Source: Candidatus Yonathbacteria bacterium (GTDB lineage Bacteria; Patescibacteriota; Minisyncoccia; Phycocordibacterales; JACNGX01). From it: a DNA stretch of 64,000 nucleotides. Position numbers and translations under genes: made by a program. A model generated the notes under the pieces. It did no database searches. It was given only the letters and a program-made list of their open reading frames with translations, and was not told where the DNA came from. Every line of letters begins with the position of its first letter. The stretch's first letter is position 1. Positions 63,991 to 64,000 of the stretch are shown in pieces. The stretch covers positions 37,167-101,166 of the forward strand of contig JAAXWR010000003.1 of NCBI GenBank assembly GCA_013334825.1. The letters are read 5' to 3'.

Positions 63991-64000
63991 TCTTCGAACT

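Noticed and set aside
1-64000. Alternative genetic code (TGA read as Gly, as in Gracilibacteria)
   Set aside because: Conserved genes are full length under code 11, and several end in TGA at the expected positions

Overview
A 64-kb chromosomal window from a small-genome bacterium, most likely Patescibacteria/CPR (Parcubacteria-like; inferred from gene content, leaderless promoters and CPR-type repeats). It is centred on the replication origin: dnaN-dnaA / rpmH-rnpA-yidD-yidC-jag, DnaA boxes, an AT-rich zone and an apparent C-rich to G-rich switch near 31-33 kb. Housekeeping genes include murE (partial), trmH-like, tRNA-Lys, holA-like, polA, tsaE, pilB-like, ruvB-yebC-ruvC, tyrS, a class A PBP, lnt, rsmA and pcrA. 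Accessory content: (1) a 2488-aa membrane-anchored fibre protein with an N-terminal HTH and two C-terminal chaperone-like domains; (2) a VirB4/PrgI/VirB6-like secretion cluster with no relaxase in the window; (3) a chorismate mutase-methyltransferase fusion beside BtpA and TrpD-like genes; (4) a membrane-anchored Clp-type ATPase pair; (5) tandem Sm-like paralogs inside a direct-repeat-bounded module. Signals not shown by the ORF track: a nested palindromic element built from copies of the tRNA-Lys 3' end, a promoter-driven 6S-like hairpin RNA between pilB and ruvB, three tandem mini transcription units with tiny ORFs (54.3-55.3 kb), a 43-aa acidic protein after ruvC, and heptamer repeat arrays abutting leaderless promoters. 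All calls are from reading the sequence by eye; no searches were run.
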